From contig JBGASG010000006.1 of NCBI GenBank assembly GCA_044229845.1, positions 32,001-96,000 on the forward strand: a stretch of DNA of 64,000 bases. Direction: 5' to 3'. The DNA is from Candidatus Obscuribacteraceae bacterium (GTDB lineage: Bacteria > Cyanobacteriota > Vampirovibrionia > Obscuribacterales > Obscuribacteraceae). The translations under genes and the position numbers were made by a program. The notes beneath the pieces were generated by a model, which worked only from the letters and a program-made list of their open reading frames with translations, did no database searches and was not told the DNA's origin. Shown here piece by piece: positions 10,095 through 20,076 of the stretch (within the stretch, counting starts at the first letter, position 1; every line of letters starts with the position of its first letter).

Positions 10095-12692
10095 TTAGTT
10101 GTATGTGGCACGGTACATGTCATTGACGCTCACCCAGTGATCTGAGTCGTCGCCCCAGGTGTTATCGATCAACACCTGCCCGGTGACCGGATTGTAATCA
10201 TCGATGACAACTACGTGATTCATGTTGTGTCCCTTCGTTCCGGGCAGTGAATTGCCGCCGAACACGGGGTCACCCGCCGCTACATATATGATGATCGGCA
10301 TGCGTCCTTCCGCTTTGGCCTTCTCCAGTTGCTCACGGAACTCCTGCTCGTTCTCGAATGTGGTGCCCTTGCCGCCGAGATCGCCATACTTCCCGTTAAT
10401 GAAGAATGCAGACTGATCAGGGTTGAGGCGTTGAGTTTCTTCGGCGATGGCTTCGCAGCCCCAGCCATGGAAACCCATGGGAATCGGGTTGCCGTCCTTG
10501 TCTTTATCGGGTAGCGGGTTGCCGTCGGCGTCGGTCCAGAATTCGCCGGTCGAGTTTTGCCCATCCGGTTGCAATTGAGCGTAGTACTTGGGCGGGTGTT
10601 GCCGGCTGCCCCAGTCACTGATGGCTGTCGCCTGGAAGATCTGCGATGCGAACAAGCGCTCGTTGGAGTTGGTGCTGTCGTACGAACCTTCTTGTGGAAT
10701 GAAGTTTTGCGGCGGAATGGTGACCTTGTGCCCGTCGGGAGAGGTCCACTCGCCCGTGAGCGCCATGTCGGACACCATCTCAGCGGCAGCAGCCGGATTG
10801 CGCATCCAGGTAACGACCTCCACGTCGGTGACGTTGCAGGTCAGGTGGTAGCCCTGGTCGATGCTCGACGGATCGGCGGCGAATGCCATCATCTGTTTGG
10901 CCAGCACTTTGCGCAGGGTGCCGTCTACTTTGCCGTCGGTGGCGGTGAGCAGTTTATCAATGGCGCCCAATGTGCGCGCCACTTCTTCAGGGCTCATGCC
11001 GGCTTGTTCGGCGCGCTGCAAGAACGTGTTCAGGTTGTTGAGGAACTCCTGGCGCTCTTTCTCAGGCAGATTGCGGGCGGCGTCGTCCATGAGGCGAGCG
11101 GCTTCCAGACCTTGAACGGCTTCGCCAACTTGATCCCAGCCGAACTTTTCGACCAGATCATCGGTCAGGCGCGAACCATACTCCTTCTCGTACATCTGTT
11201 GCAGAGCGACGCGGTCGGCGGGGCTCATGTTTTTCAGTTCGTCGTTAATCTTGTCGCCGAACCCGCCAGACACCCAGTCAGGAAATTTGTCGCCATCGTG
11301 AATGGCTTTCATTATCTCCTGGAGCTGCTCTTCGGTCCGCGCTGTCACAGAAGTGGTGCCATCGGTATTCTCGATGACGATATGTCCATCTTTGTCGGTG
11401 TACTGCAGCCGTCCATCTTTATCCAGTTGAACGTTGGTCAGCTTGTTGCCGTCATTGTCGGTCCAGTCTCCGTTGCCGTCGCGCGTGAATGTGTTGCCTT
11501 TCTCCGTAATCTTGTTCAGTTCGCCGTTGGCATCGTATTCGTAGCTACGCCTCGTGCGTCCGTCGGCGCTGACATAACTGGTTACCTGTCCATCGGCATT
11601 GAACTCATTCTTCGAACCATTGGCGTTGGTAACAGCCTGAGTGCGGTCCGGACGTTTTTCGATTTTTTCGCCGGTTTCCGGATTTGTGTAGGAGATCACA
11701 CCCTTGTCGCTGACGGATACATCGGTGATGGGTGCCGGCTGACCATCGGCTGTGGTCCATTTGCCGTCTTTGAGAAAATAGGCATGCCCGTTGTCGTTGA
11801 AACTGTTTAGATTGCCGTCCTCGTCATAGCCGAACGCACTCGCATCTCCCCTTCCGGTGACAACGCTAACCACGCGTCCTTCACTGTCAAGACTGACCAG
11901 CGAACCGTCCCTGGAGCTGTGAATTTGCGAGTTGCCGTTTGAAAAATAACTGTATTCGTGTCCGTCGCTGGTCTGGTAAGTGAAGGTGCCATCGGCATTG
12001 ACTTGCGGATCAATAATGTCGGGACCGCCCTTGCCGAATATACCCGGAGGGATCTTAATACCACCATCAGTGGTATCGCCGGGATTATTGTTGGTGCCGT
12101 CACCATGCGGCTTGGCGTCGTTGTCTATTTTGCTACCGGGCTTCGGTGGTCCGGGAATCGGCTTGTTATTGTCGTTCTTGGCGTATTGCCATTTGCCGTC
12201 CTTGAGTTCGAGAACGGTGCCATCAGGCTGCTCGATGCGATTGAGTTTGCCGTCTTCGCCATAACCAAACTTGCGGGACGTGCCGTCCGGATAATCGACT
12301 TCGACTACCCGTCCCTGGTCATCCTTGGTCACCTTGCCGTTAGGACCGACGTCCGACTGCTGTTGCTGCTCAATACGCCGATCAGAGAGTTCTTTCAGCT
12401 TTTCCTGAAGCGTCTCTTGATCGTCTTTATTCCTGTCGTTGTTTATCTCATTTTGCCTGCCATCAAACGTGATCGACCCATCGGCGTCCACATCAGCGTG
12501 CGACAACGGACCAGGCGGCGGTGCCACCACTTCCAAATTGTCGGCGCTGGAGCCATACCGCAGAGCACCGCTGGTCGTACCGGAGGTTTGCTTTTTGGCA
12601 TCAAAGTCATCGTACAGTGCCTTAATATCGAAGGTCGGCGCCGCATTGTTGTTTTGCGTTTGCGCTTGCGTATCGGTGGTTTCTGGAGGCAT
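10095..12692 (-). CDS. YD-repeat protein with C-terminal papain/calpain-like cysteine peptidase
   Basis: Start refined (AAGGAG RBS, MPPETT); YD-type repeats; DQGYHLTC (Cys), NHVVVI (His), IDNTWG (Asn). Confidence 0.8.
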   Translation of the reverse strand: MPPETTDTQAQTQNNNAAPTFDIKALYDDFDAKKQTSGTTSGALRYGSSADNLEVVAPPPGPLSHADVDADGSITFDGRQNEINNDRNKDDQETLQEKLKELSDRRIEQQQQSDVGPNGKVTKDDQGRVVEVDYPDGTSRKFGYGEDGKLNRIEQPDGTVLELKDGKWQYAKNDNNKPIPGPPKPGSKIDNDAKPHGDGTNNNPGDTTDGGIKIPPGIFGKGGPDIIDPQVNADGTFTYQTSDGHEYSYFSNGNSQIHSSRDGSLVSLDSEGRVVSVVTGRGDASAFGYDEDGNLNSFNDNGHAYFLKDGKWTTADGQPAPITDVSVSDKGVISYTNPETGEKIEKRPDRTQAVTNANGSKNEFNADGQVTSYVSADGRTRRSYEYDANGELNKITEKGNTFTRDGNGDWTDNDGNKLTNVQLDKDGRLQYTDKDGHIVIENTDGTTSVTARTEEQLQEIMKAIHDGDKFPDWVSGGFGDKINDELKNMSPADRVALQQMYEKEYGSRLTDDLVEKFGWDQVGEAVQGLEAARLMDDAARNLPEKERQEFLNNLNTFLQRAEQAGMSPEEVARTLGAIDKLLTATDGKVDGTLRKVLAKQMMAFAADPSSIDQGYHLTCNVTDVEVVTWMRNPAAAAEMVSDMALTGEWTSPDGHKVTIPPQNFIPQEGSYDSTNSNERLFASQIFQATAISDWGSRQHPPKYYAQLQPDGQNSTGEFWTDADGNPLPDKDKDGNPIPMGFHGWGCEAIAEETQRLNPDQSAFFINGKYGDLGGKGTTFENEQEFREQLEKAKAEGRMPIIIYVAAGDPVFGGNSLPGTKGHNMNHVVVIDDYNPVTGQVLIDNTWGDDSDHWVSVNDMYRATYN

Positions 12693-12886
12693 GGTAAAAA
12701 GCTCCTTGCGAGGCGATGTTGGCGGCGCGGCAATTCGAGGTTGCATCGCGCGCAACGAACACTGCGCACCACGTAAGGTGGTGGTGGATGTTTTACGAGG
12801 AAGGGGTCAGATGGATGGTCGCCGCTTCCAGAGGAAGCTGGCTCGATTGAGTATGTGCAGATCGGTGGTAATACGTCGGGTACGAT

Positions 12887-12933
12887 TAAGATAGCAAAGT
12901 GCGCCGCCTTTGTCGGTGCGCTATTACGCACAC
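12887..12933 (-). promoter_or_regulatory. Palindromic operator GTGCGYAATAGCGCAC, 22 nt upstream of -10 TATCTT
   Basis: Same motif and same spacing recur at 16778 and 17762. Confidence 0.7.
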
Positions 12934-13082
12934 CTGCCCGCAGCGCTAACATTGCCTGGGAGTGCCTGATCGGCCAAGCGATCAAATCCACCGTTTCAGC
13001 AATACGACTGATCGCTTACAACACTTTAGTTGAAATCTACAAGGGCTGATCGACCACCCCAACCGGGAAAATGATCTCCAGC

Positions 13083-13805
13083 CTACTTTTTCCAGACAAT
13101 ACTATTGATAGTGTCGATGAAATCTTTAGAGCGGTTGGCCATTTGCCCGGGAGCCGTAGACATGAAGACCTGCTCCACGCGCTGTCCGCTGCCGTCGCTG
13201 TCGGCGAAGATGCCGACGAAGTCCCGCAAAGCGTTACCGCGCGCGTCGCGGAAGCTGCCCTCCACTGCCACGACGGTGCGCCCATTCACTTGCATGGTGA
13301 TGGCATTGCGCATGTCGAAAGCAGGCGCGCGATACTGTCCCGAATTGGTGTACTGATTGTCACCGGCCTGATACCGTCCCATCACTTGCGAGAGCGATCG
13401 AATCTCGTCGGGAGAAAGAGGCTGCGCGCCGTCGTTTGCCGGTTTCTGCGCCAGAACGTCACGAAACGCTCGCGCGGCATCCTCACCCACCGGCAGGCCG
13501 CCATAGAAGATGCCCAGCTTGGTGGTGGCATCGCCCGCGGGGCTGAACACCTCGTTGCTGCTCTGTCCGATGGCGCCGTATGACTGCTCGCCCTGCGTCC
13601 AGCCGGAAGGCAATGTTATGTCGGCAATCGGTCCGCGGTCGACGCCAGCGCTGCTGTTTCGTGCATATAGAGCGTCGATAGCCGTGCCTGGCGCCCAAGT
13701 GTTCTGAGCAATTTCGGTGGTCGAGTCGTTCTGGCTTGCTGAAGGCAGGCGTCCAGTGAAATGTTCTACTGGAGTTCTCTCGGCTGCATCTGCTGTTCCT
13801 GCCAT
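13083..13805 (-). CDS. Hypothetical protein, paralog 2 of 3
   Basis: Clear paralog of 9237..10022. Confidence 0.7.
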   Translation of the reverse strand: MAGTADAAERTPVEHFTGRLPSASQNDSTTEIAQNTWAPGTAIDALYARNSSAGVDRGPIADITLPSGWTQGEQSYGAIGQSSNEVFSPAGDATTKLGIFYGGLPVGEDAARAFRDVLAQKPANDGAQPLSPDEIRSLSQVMGRYQAGDNQYTNSGQYRAPAFDMRNAITMQVNGRTVVAVEGSFRDARGNALRDFVGIFADSDGSGQRVEQVFMSTAPGQMANRSKDFIDTINSIVWKK

Positions 13806-13865
13806 TGTGGTGCCCTCTCGGCGTGGTTAAAGTGGTGGCGCTGTTGTCGCAAGTGCTAACGGAGT

Positions 13866-16556
13866 TTACGGTCTGGTGGCCTGGTAGAGATTTCCGAGGT
13901 TGACCCACTGATCGTTGCCGTCACCCCAGGAGTTGTCCACTCTCACCTGTCCGGTGACCGGATTGTAGTCGGAGATGACCACCACGTGATTGAGTCCATG
14001 ACCGTCTTTTCCGGGTTGCGCGCTGCCGCCGAACACCGGATCGCCGGCTGCCACCACAAGGATGATCGGCATCTTGCCGTCGGCCTTCGCTTTCTCGAGA
14101 GCCTGGCGGAATTGTTCTTCATTCTCGAAAGTGGTGATGTTGTCTCCGCCACCGCCGTCTTTGTGCACCAGGAACCGGCTGTCGTCGCCATTCAAACGGC
14201 GCAGTTCTTCAACAATCTGGTCGTCTCCCCACCCATGGAATCCTTTCGGGACATCGTTGCCGTCCTTGTCCTTTTCCATGATCAGGTTGCCGTCTTTGTC
14301 GGTCCAGTATTCGCCAGTGCTGTTCTGCGCATCCGGTTGGCCTTGCATGTAGTAAATCGGTGGTTTCTGACGGCTGCCCCAATCGGTGAGCGCGGTCGCC
14401 TGGAAAATTTGCGAGGCGAAGAGGCGTTCGTTGGAGTTGGTGCTGTCGTACGAACCTTCTTGTGGCACAAAGTTCTGCGGGGGAATCGTCACCTTGTGTC
14501 CGTCGGGAGCAGTCCATTCGCCGTTCAATGCCATGTCTGCCACCATCTGCGCGGCCACCGACGGGTTGCGGGTCCAGGTGATGTTTTCGACATCGGTGAT
14601 GTTGCAGGTGAGGTGCGAACCTTGATCGATACTCGACGGATTAGCGGCAAACGCCATCATCTGGCGAGCTAGAACGTGGCGCAGGTGCGCATCGACTTTG
14701 CCGTCGGTAGCAGTGAACAGGCGATCGGTGGCAGCCAATGTCTTGGCGATTTCTTCCGAGCTCATGCCTGACTTATGGGCACGGTCGAGGAATGTGTTGA
14801 GGTTGGTAAGAAACTCCTGGCGCTCTTCCGGCGGCAAGTCGCGCGCGGCATGATCCATGAGATTGGCGGCTTCCATGGCTTCCAACGTCTTGCCGACATT
14901 GTCCCAACCAAATTCCTTGACCAGGTCGTCGGTCAATTTGGAACCATACTTCTTCTCGTAGACCTGCTGAAGCGCGATGCGGTCGGCCGGACTCAAATCG
15001 CCCAGTTGCTTGTCGATGATGCTGCCGGCGGGACCTGAGAGGAAACCGGGCAGGTACATGGACAGGTGCAGGTATTCTGCATCCTTGATCAGTTGCTCTT
15101 CGGTCTTGGTGGTGGTGGAGGTGTTGCCGTCGGTGTTCTGGACGACGATATGTCCGTCTTTATCTGTGTACTGCAGGCGTCCGTCGGATTCGATTTTGAA
15201 GTTAGTAACTTTGTTGCCGTCTTTGTCGGTCCAGGTGCCGTCGCCGTTGTCGGTGAACTTGTTGCCGTTCTTATCGCTGACCGATTTCAGCTTGCCGTTT
15301 TCGTCGTATTCATAAGTGCGCTTGACGCGACCATCGGCGCTGGTGAACTCAGTGACATTGCCTTTGGCATCGAGTTCCTGATGTGAGCCGTTGGCATTAG
15401 TAATTGTTTGCGTGCCGTCCGGTCTTTTTTCTATCGAACCGTCTTTGTCATTTTTGTAGGTGACGACGCCTTTGTCGTCGACTTTGACTTCTGAGATTGG
15501 TGCCGGCTTGCCATCGGCGGTTTGCCATTTACCGTCTTTCAGGTAGAAGCTTTCACCGTTGTGCGTATATGTATCGAGTTCTCCCTTTTCGTTATAGTGA
15601 AACTGTTGCACTTCGGCATTCGGGGAAACAATGCTTTCCACCCGTCCATCGGCATCTTTGTTGACGTACGAACCGGATTTCTCGTCGTGGATCCAGGAAG
15701 TGCCGTTGGTGAAAATTTTGACTTCGTTGCCGTCGCGGGTGTGGTAAGTGAAAGTGCCGTCTTCCGAGACGACGGGATCGACTATGTCGACGCCCTTGTT
15801 CATGGCGTTGAGAACGTCGCCCAATCCCTTGCCGACGCTATCCGGAATTTTGTCGCTCTGATCCGGGATAGGCTTGCCGTCGGCGCCGTCCGGGCGCACT
15901 TGATTGTCGCTGCTGCCGTCGTGTCCTGGTTTCGCGCCACCACCGGCACCACCGCCTTTGCCAGGATGACCGCTTCCGCCGGCGCCGCCTTGCTGCTCTG
16001 GAGGCGGCACGTTAATCCATTTGCCGTCCTTGAGAATGATCGTCTTGCCGTCCGGCTGCGTGATCGAATTCAGTTTGCCGTCTTCGCCATAACCAAATTT
16101 GCGCGATGTGCCGTTGGGGTAATCGACTTCGATTACGCGGCCCTGATCGTCTTTGATTACCTTGCCTTCGGGGTTGTTACCGCTGTTATCATCGTCCGGA
16201 CGAGTGCGTTCGGTCGGATCGCCACCGGGTTTGGTGACGGCTTCGTTGGGCGCATCGAAATTGATGGAGCCATCATTTGTTAAAGTCGCCACCGGCACCT
16301 TGCCGTCGGCATCGATAGCCTTGGCAGCGAAACTTGCCACCACTACGGCCGCCAGGCGTAGTCCTTTGATTTCATCCGCGTCGTGACTGGCGGTGAACTG
16401 CTCGTACATGTCGAGCATGTTCAATTTCGCTGTGCCGGCGTCGGTACCGTCCAGATTGCCGGGCTTGAGGACGGGCTTGTCTGCCGGCTGGTTGCCCTGG
16501 TTGTCCTGGTCTTGCGGTTGCTGTGCCACGCGGACATCGGCTGTTTCGGAAGACAT
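13866..16556 (-). CDS. YD-repeat protein with C-terminal papain/calpain-like cysteine peptidase (paralog of 10095)
   Basis: Start refined (AAGGAG RBS, MSSETA); DQGSHLTC, NHVVVI, VDNSWG. Confidence 0.8.
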   Translation of the reverse strand: MSSETADVRVAQQPQDQDNQGNQPADKPVLKPGNLDGTDAGTAKLNMLDMYEQFTASHDADEIKGLRLAAVVVASFAAKAIDADGKVPVATLTNDGSINFDAPNEAVTKPGGDPTERTRPDDDNSGNNPEGKVIKDDQGRVIEVDYPNGTSRKFGYGEDGKLNSITQPDGKTIILKDGKWINVPPPEQQGGAGGSGHPGKGGGAGGGAKPGHDGSSDNQVRPDGADGKPIPDQSDKIPDSVGKGLGDVLNAMNKGVDIVDPVVSEDGTFTYHTRDGNEVKIFTNGTSWIHDEKSGSYVNKDADGRVESIVSPNAEVQQFHYNEKGELDTYTHNGESFYLKDGKWQTADGKPAPISEVKVDDKGVVTYKNDKDGSIEKRPDGTQTITNANGSHQELDAKGNVTEFTSADGRVKRTYEYDENGKLKSVSDKNGNKFTDNGDGTWTDKDGNKVTNFKIESDGRLQYTDKDGHIVVQNTDGNTSTTTKTEEQLIKDAEYLHLSMYLPGFLSGPAGSIIDKQLGDLSPADRIALQQVYEKKYGSKLTDDLVKEFGWDNVGKTLEAMEAANLMDHAARDLPPEERQEFLTNLNTFLDRAHKSGMSSEEIAKTLAATDRLFTATDGKVDAHLRHVLARQMMAFAANPSSIDQGSHLTCNITDVENITWTRNPSVAAQMVADMALNGEWTAPDGHKVTIPPQNFVPQEGSYDSTNSNERLFASQIFQATALTDWGSRQKPPIYYMQGQPDAQNSTGEYWTDKDGNLIMEKDKDGNDVPKGFHGWGDDQIVEELRRLNGDDSRFLVHKDGGGGDNITTFENEEQFRQALEKAKADGKMPIILVVAAGDPVFGGSAQPGKDGHGLNHVVVISDYNPVTGQVRVDNSWGDGNDQWVNLGNLYQATRP

Positions 16557-16748
16557 AGTAAAGCTCCTTGCAGAGCGGCTGTTGCCGGCGGAAAGACGCA
16601 CAGCAAGTGCCACACCACGAATGTGGTTTGGGGAACGGATGAGGAACGGTGGGAACGGATGCGGAACGGTGGGAACGGTTGCCGGATCGGTCTTGCACTC
16701 GGTATGAACGCGAAGTTGCAAGAGAGGACTATTGGGCGGGTATGTGCT

Positions 16749-16795
16749 TAAGATAACAAAGGACAATGGATTTGTCGGTGCGCTATTGCGCACAC
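16749..16795 (-). promoter_or_regulatory. Palindromic operator GTGCGCAATAGCGCAC-N22-TATCTT
   Basis: Second copy of the motif. Confidence 0.7.
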
Positions 16796-16809
16796 TTATA
16801 CTTGCGCCC

Positions 16810-17697
16810 CTAGGGCTTCCACTCTATAGATGACAGCGTCTGGTCGAACTGTCTCTTGTACTGCAACAGCTTGTCCGGAGCTCCTTGCAGATAGACCTGC
16901 TGGATGCGCTTTCCGGAGCCGTCCGTATCGGCGAAAACGCCGTTGAATCCTTTTACCGGCTTGCCGTTCATGTCGACGAAGGCTCCCTCCACCGAAAGCA
17001 CGGTGCGCCCATTCACCTGAACGGTGCGCGCGCTGTCGATGTGGAAAACGGGCGGGCGATATCTGCCGGTGTTGGTGTACTGGTTGTCGCCCACGTTCAG
17101 CCGCCCAAGCGCGTCGGCGACACCCTTGATCTCATCGGCGGTGAGCGTTTGCGGACCATTGGTAGCAGGCTTATCTTTTAAGAGTTGCGCAAAGGCTTTG
17201 GCGCCTGCATCAGCCGTCGGCAAACCGCCGTAGAAAACACTGATGCCAACTGAGTTATCGCCGGCCGGTCCGTATGTCTCCACGCTGCGATTGCCGACGC
17301 CGCCGGCGGTGGAGTCGGTTTGCTGCCAGCCATTCGGAAACTGGATGTTCTTTATCGGTCCACGATCACTCAAGGCTAGCCCTGCAACTAAGTTTCCACC
17401 TGCGGTGTCGGCACCGGCGGCGACAGTGGTGGCATCACCGGTACTTCCGCCACATCTGACGGTCTGCAGATGCACATCATCAGCCAGATTCTGCGCAATG
17501 TTCCAGATGGACTTGCCGCCGCCGCCCAAAATATCATGAACGAAGTTCTCCAGCACTCTGACAATTGCCGGTTCGTGATTGTCGATGGGGTTAGTCGGCT
17601 TGGGCGGCTCGTGGTGTAAATCAGCCATGTTAGTAACGTCCTTCTTGTAGGGAGAGGAGCGAGAAAAAATTGGCGACGGTGCCCAACCGAACCGCAA
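16810..17697 (-). CDS. Hypothetical protein, paralog 3 of 3 (start probably MADLHH near 17628)
   Basis: Paralog of 9237 and 13083. Confidence 0.7.
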   Translation of the reverse strand: MRFGWAPSPIFSRSSPYKKDVTNMADLHHEPPKPTNPIDNHEPAIVRVLENFVHDILGGGGKSIWNIAQNLADDVHLQTVRCGGSTGDATTVAAGADTAGGNLVAGLALSDRGPIKNIQFPNGWQQTDSTAGGVGNRSVETYGPAGDNSVGISVFYGGLPTADAGAKAFAQLLKDKPATNGPQTLTADEIKGVADALGRLNVGDNQYTNTGRYRPPVFHIDSARTVQVNGRTVLSVEGAFVDMNGKPVKGFNGVFADTDGSGKRIQQVYLQGAPDKLLQYKRQFDQTLSSIEWKP

Positions 17698-17733
17698 AAG
17701 CGCGTTCAGATGAGGATGGGCGGGATTGGTTGA

Positions 17734-17778
17734 ACTATAACAGTTGTGCTTACAGATATCAGTGCGCTATTGCGCACA
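17734..17778 (-). promoter_or_regulatory. Palindromic operator GTGCGCAATAGCGCAC-N22-TATAGT
   Basis: Third copy of the motif. Confidence 0.7.
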
Positions 17779-18012
17779 AATTCCGCCCGAAGTTTCGCCT
17801 GGTCGGAAGACTTTACCCGGGCGAAATACCGGCCGCCAGCCGGGCCGAATTCGATCAAGTCGGCCCGGTGGGTGGCCAACTTCGCCCGTCTTGCCAAATC
17901 GGAAGGACTCGATGGCCCTGTACGTGGCCACTACAGCTCAGCAGATTCAATGCGCCTCGGCTGCCTCAGCAAGCGAGAACGGTTGAAGAGAGTCGCTTGA
18001 CAGACTCGCCGT

Positions 18013-18028
18013 TTAGAATGTATTCTAA
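18013..18028. promoter_or_regulatory. Candidate Fur/PerR-type operator TTAGAAT-GT-ATTCTAA
   Basis: AT-rich inverted repeat just upstream of the Fur-family gene; resembles the PerR box TTATAAT-N-ATTATAA. Confidence 0.5.
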
Positions 18029-18055
18029 GCACATAGGAATTCTAAGGTTGAAGCC

Positions 18056-18457
18056 GTGAAAAGTCTGGCAGAGCAGTTACTCGACAGTAAGGGACTCAAA
18101 CCCACACCGCAACGTGTGGTGATCACCCGGTTCGTGTTAGAGACAGAAAGCCATCCGACAGCGGAAGAGGTGTTTCTGGCCGTAGAAAACTCACTGCCGG
18201 TCGCTCTTTCGCGGGCCACCGTTTACAACACGCTCAACGCGCTCGTGAAAGCGGGCGTCGTGCGCGAGATGTACACAGATCCGGCGGCGGCTCGCTACGA
18301 CGCCAACCTTACCGAGCACCATCATTTTATAGATGTGAAAACGGGGCGAATTCTGGATGTTCCCAAAGAGATGGTGCCGGAATTGACGCAGCATCTCGGC
18401 AAGAACTTCAAAGTGCACAACTATCAGGTTACGTTCTACGGTGAAGTAGAAGAGTAG
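18056..18457 (+). CDS. Fur-family transcriptional regulator (PerR-like)
   Basis: GLKPTPQR, HPTAEEV, SRATVYNTL, HHHF; adjacent to rubrerythrin. Confidence 0.9.
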   Translation: MKSLAEQLLDSKGLKPTPQRVVITRFVLETESHPTAEEVFLAVENSLPVALSRATVYNTLNALVKAGVVREMYTDPAAARYDANLTEHHHFIDVKTGRILDVPKEMVPELTQHLGKNFKVHNYQVTFYGEVEE

Positions 18458-18597
18458 CCGACCGCAAACCATAACGGCACAACGGCACCGCGAGATACCT
18501 CTCGCCGCGTCCGCGCGCATGCGCGTTTCCTCAAAGAAACGCGCATGGACAGCCTCGCGCAATCACACAAATAAGCATCACACCTGGAGGTCCGATC

Positions 18598-19065
18598 ATG
18601 AGTAATAACAACAAATCAAAAACCGCTGAGAACCTGCATTCCGCCTTCGCCGGCGAATCAATGGCCAATCGCAAATATCTCTATTTTGCCAAGATCGCGC
18701 GCAAGCTGGGCAACGAAGAAGTAGCCGCGCTCTTCGAAAAAACAGCCCATGAAGAAACCGGGCATGCCTTCGCACACCTGGAACTCATCTATCCATCAGA
18801 GGGCATGACCGTTGAGAAACTTCTAGAACTCGCTATCGAAGGCGAACTCTACGAGACCAACGAGATGTATCCGGAGTTTGAGCGCATCGCACGCGAAGAA
18901 GGCGAACAGGCGGCCGTCGACGAATTCATCGAGCAAGCCGCAGAGTCCAGAGAGCACGCCAGTATTTTCGAACAAGCAGCCAAGCGATTCAAAGCATTGA
19001 AGCTGGTTGAGGCGTATCACGCCAATCGCTACCAGAAAGCTCTTGATGCTCACCGCGCCAGCTAG
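18598..19065 (+). CDS. Rubrerythrin-family protein
   Basis: AFAGESMANRKY, EETGHA, GELYETNEMYP, ESREHA di-iron motifs. Confidence 0.92.
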   Translation: MSNNNKSKTAENLHSAFAGESMANRKYLYFAKIARKLGNEEVAALFEKTAHEETGHAFAHLELIYPSEGMTVEKLLELAIEGELYETNEMYPEFERIAREEGEQAAVDEFIEQAAESREHASIFEQAAKRFKALKLVEAYHANRYQKALDAHRAS

Positions 19066-19161
19066 CCGGGCGCCCTACTGACATGCAGTATCATTAAAAA
19101 TGAGCTCGTCTTTGCTTCTTCGTGTTAGCATCGAGCCAACTGGGCTGGAAAGGTCGCTGTC

Positions 19162-20076
19162 GTGGGTTGCGCTGAAAACAAATCGAAGATGATTTCTGTC
19201 TTGAGATGGGCTCTGATACTGCCTGTCGCGTATTTAGGCTATGCAGGTGTGCTGTCGATGCTCAGCCACCTGCCCGGCAATATGGGTCCGATGCCCGCCG
19301 GGGTGATCACCGACTGGGCGGGCTCAACCTTGTTTATTGTTCTGGCGGCTTTGATTGCCCCGTCGCGCAAGCATATCGTTGCCTGCTGCGCATTCTTCGT
19401 CACCACCGTCATCCATACCGTGATGCTGATGGCGGCCTTGAAAGCGCCGGCCCAATCGCCCTTGTTCGTAGATGGCATCTATGTGATCACGCTGGGCGGT
19501 TTCCTTGTCAACGCGCTGCTCACCTTCGTCATCGTCCAACACTTCCTGAACAAACAGCGCGAGCTCGAACTGACAGCCGATGCCCGCCGGTATTACCGCG
19601 AGTGGTCCGAGCAGGGAGGTCCGGTGCCCTTGCCGACGCCGTCTCAAATGGCGGCACCACCAACAGGCGCTCAGACAAGCAGTGGTAAAGCCACAACTGA
19701 AGCACGCTCGTATCCACTGCCTGCGCCGCAGTACGAAACAAAAGTTCTCACCAACGAAGCTGCATTGCCCCGCGAGATGACCATCAATGTCTCCCTGGCT
19801 TTCGATGAAGAAGGTCAGCAACAGCGGTTCACCGTCGCCGACGGCAAATCGATTGGTTTCGTCAAGACTGCTTTGCTGCTCGGCATACTGTCACCCGGGC
19901 ACGCCATGAAATTCATTTTCAAACCGAAGAAACTGAAGAAACGCACGCTGCTCAGCAACCCGCCGTGGTTCAAGTCGCCGCGCGAACTGGATTCGGATGC
20001 CGTCGATCCGCGTATCGAAAGCTCACAACGCGACGGCGACAAGCTGTTGACGGACACGCTCAACGAATATCGCTAG
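19162..20076 (+). CDS. Hypothetical membrane protein
   Basis: Four N-terminal TM segments and a soluble C-terminus. Confidence 0.6.
   Translation: MGCAENKSKMISVLRWALILPVAYLGYAGVLSMLSHLPGNMGPMPAGVITDWAGSTLFIVLAALIAPSRKHIVACCAFFVTTVIHTVMLMAALKAPAQSPLFVDGIYVITLGGFLVNALLTFVIVQHFLNKQRELELTADARRYYREWSEQGGPVPLPTPSQMAAPPTGAQTSSGKATTEARSYPLPAPQYETKVLTNEAALPREMTINVSLAFDEEGQQQRFTVADGKSIGFVKTALLLGILSPGHAMKFIFKPKKLKKRTLLSNPPWFKSPRELDSDAVDPRIESSQRDGDKLLTDTLNEYR

Noticed and set aside
10557..11810. 417-aa + strand ORF
   Set aside because: Antisense shadow of the YD peptidase
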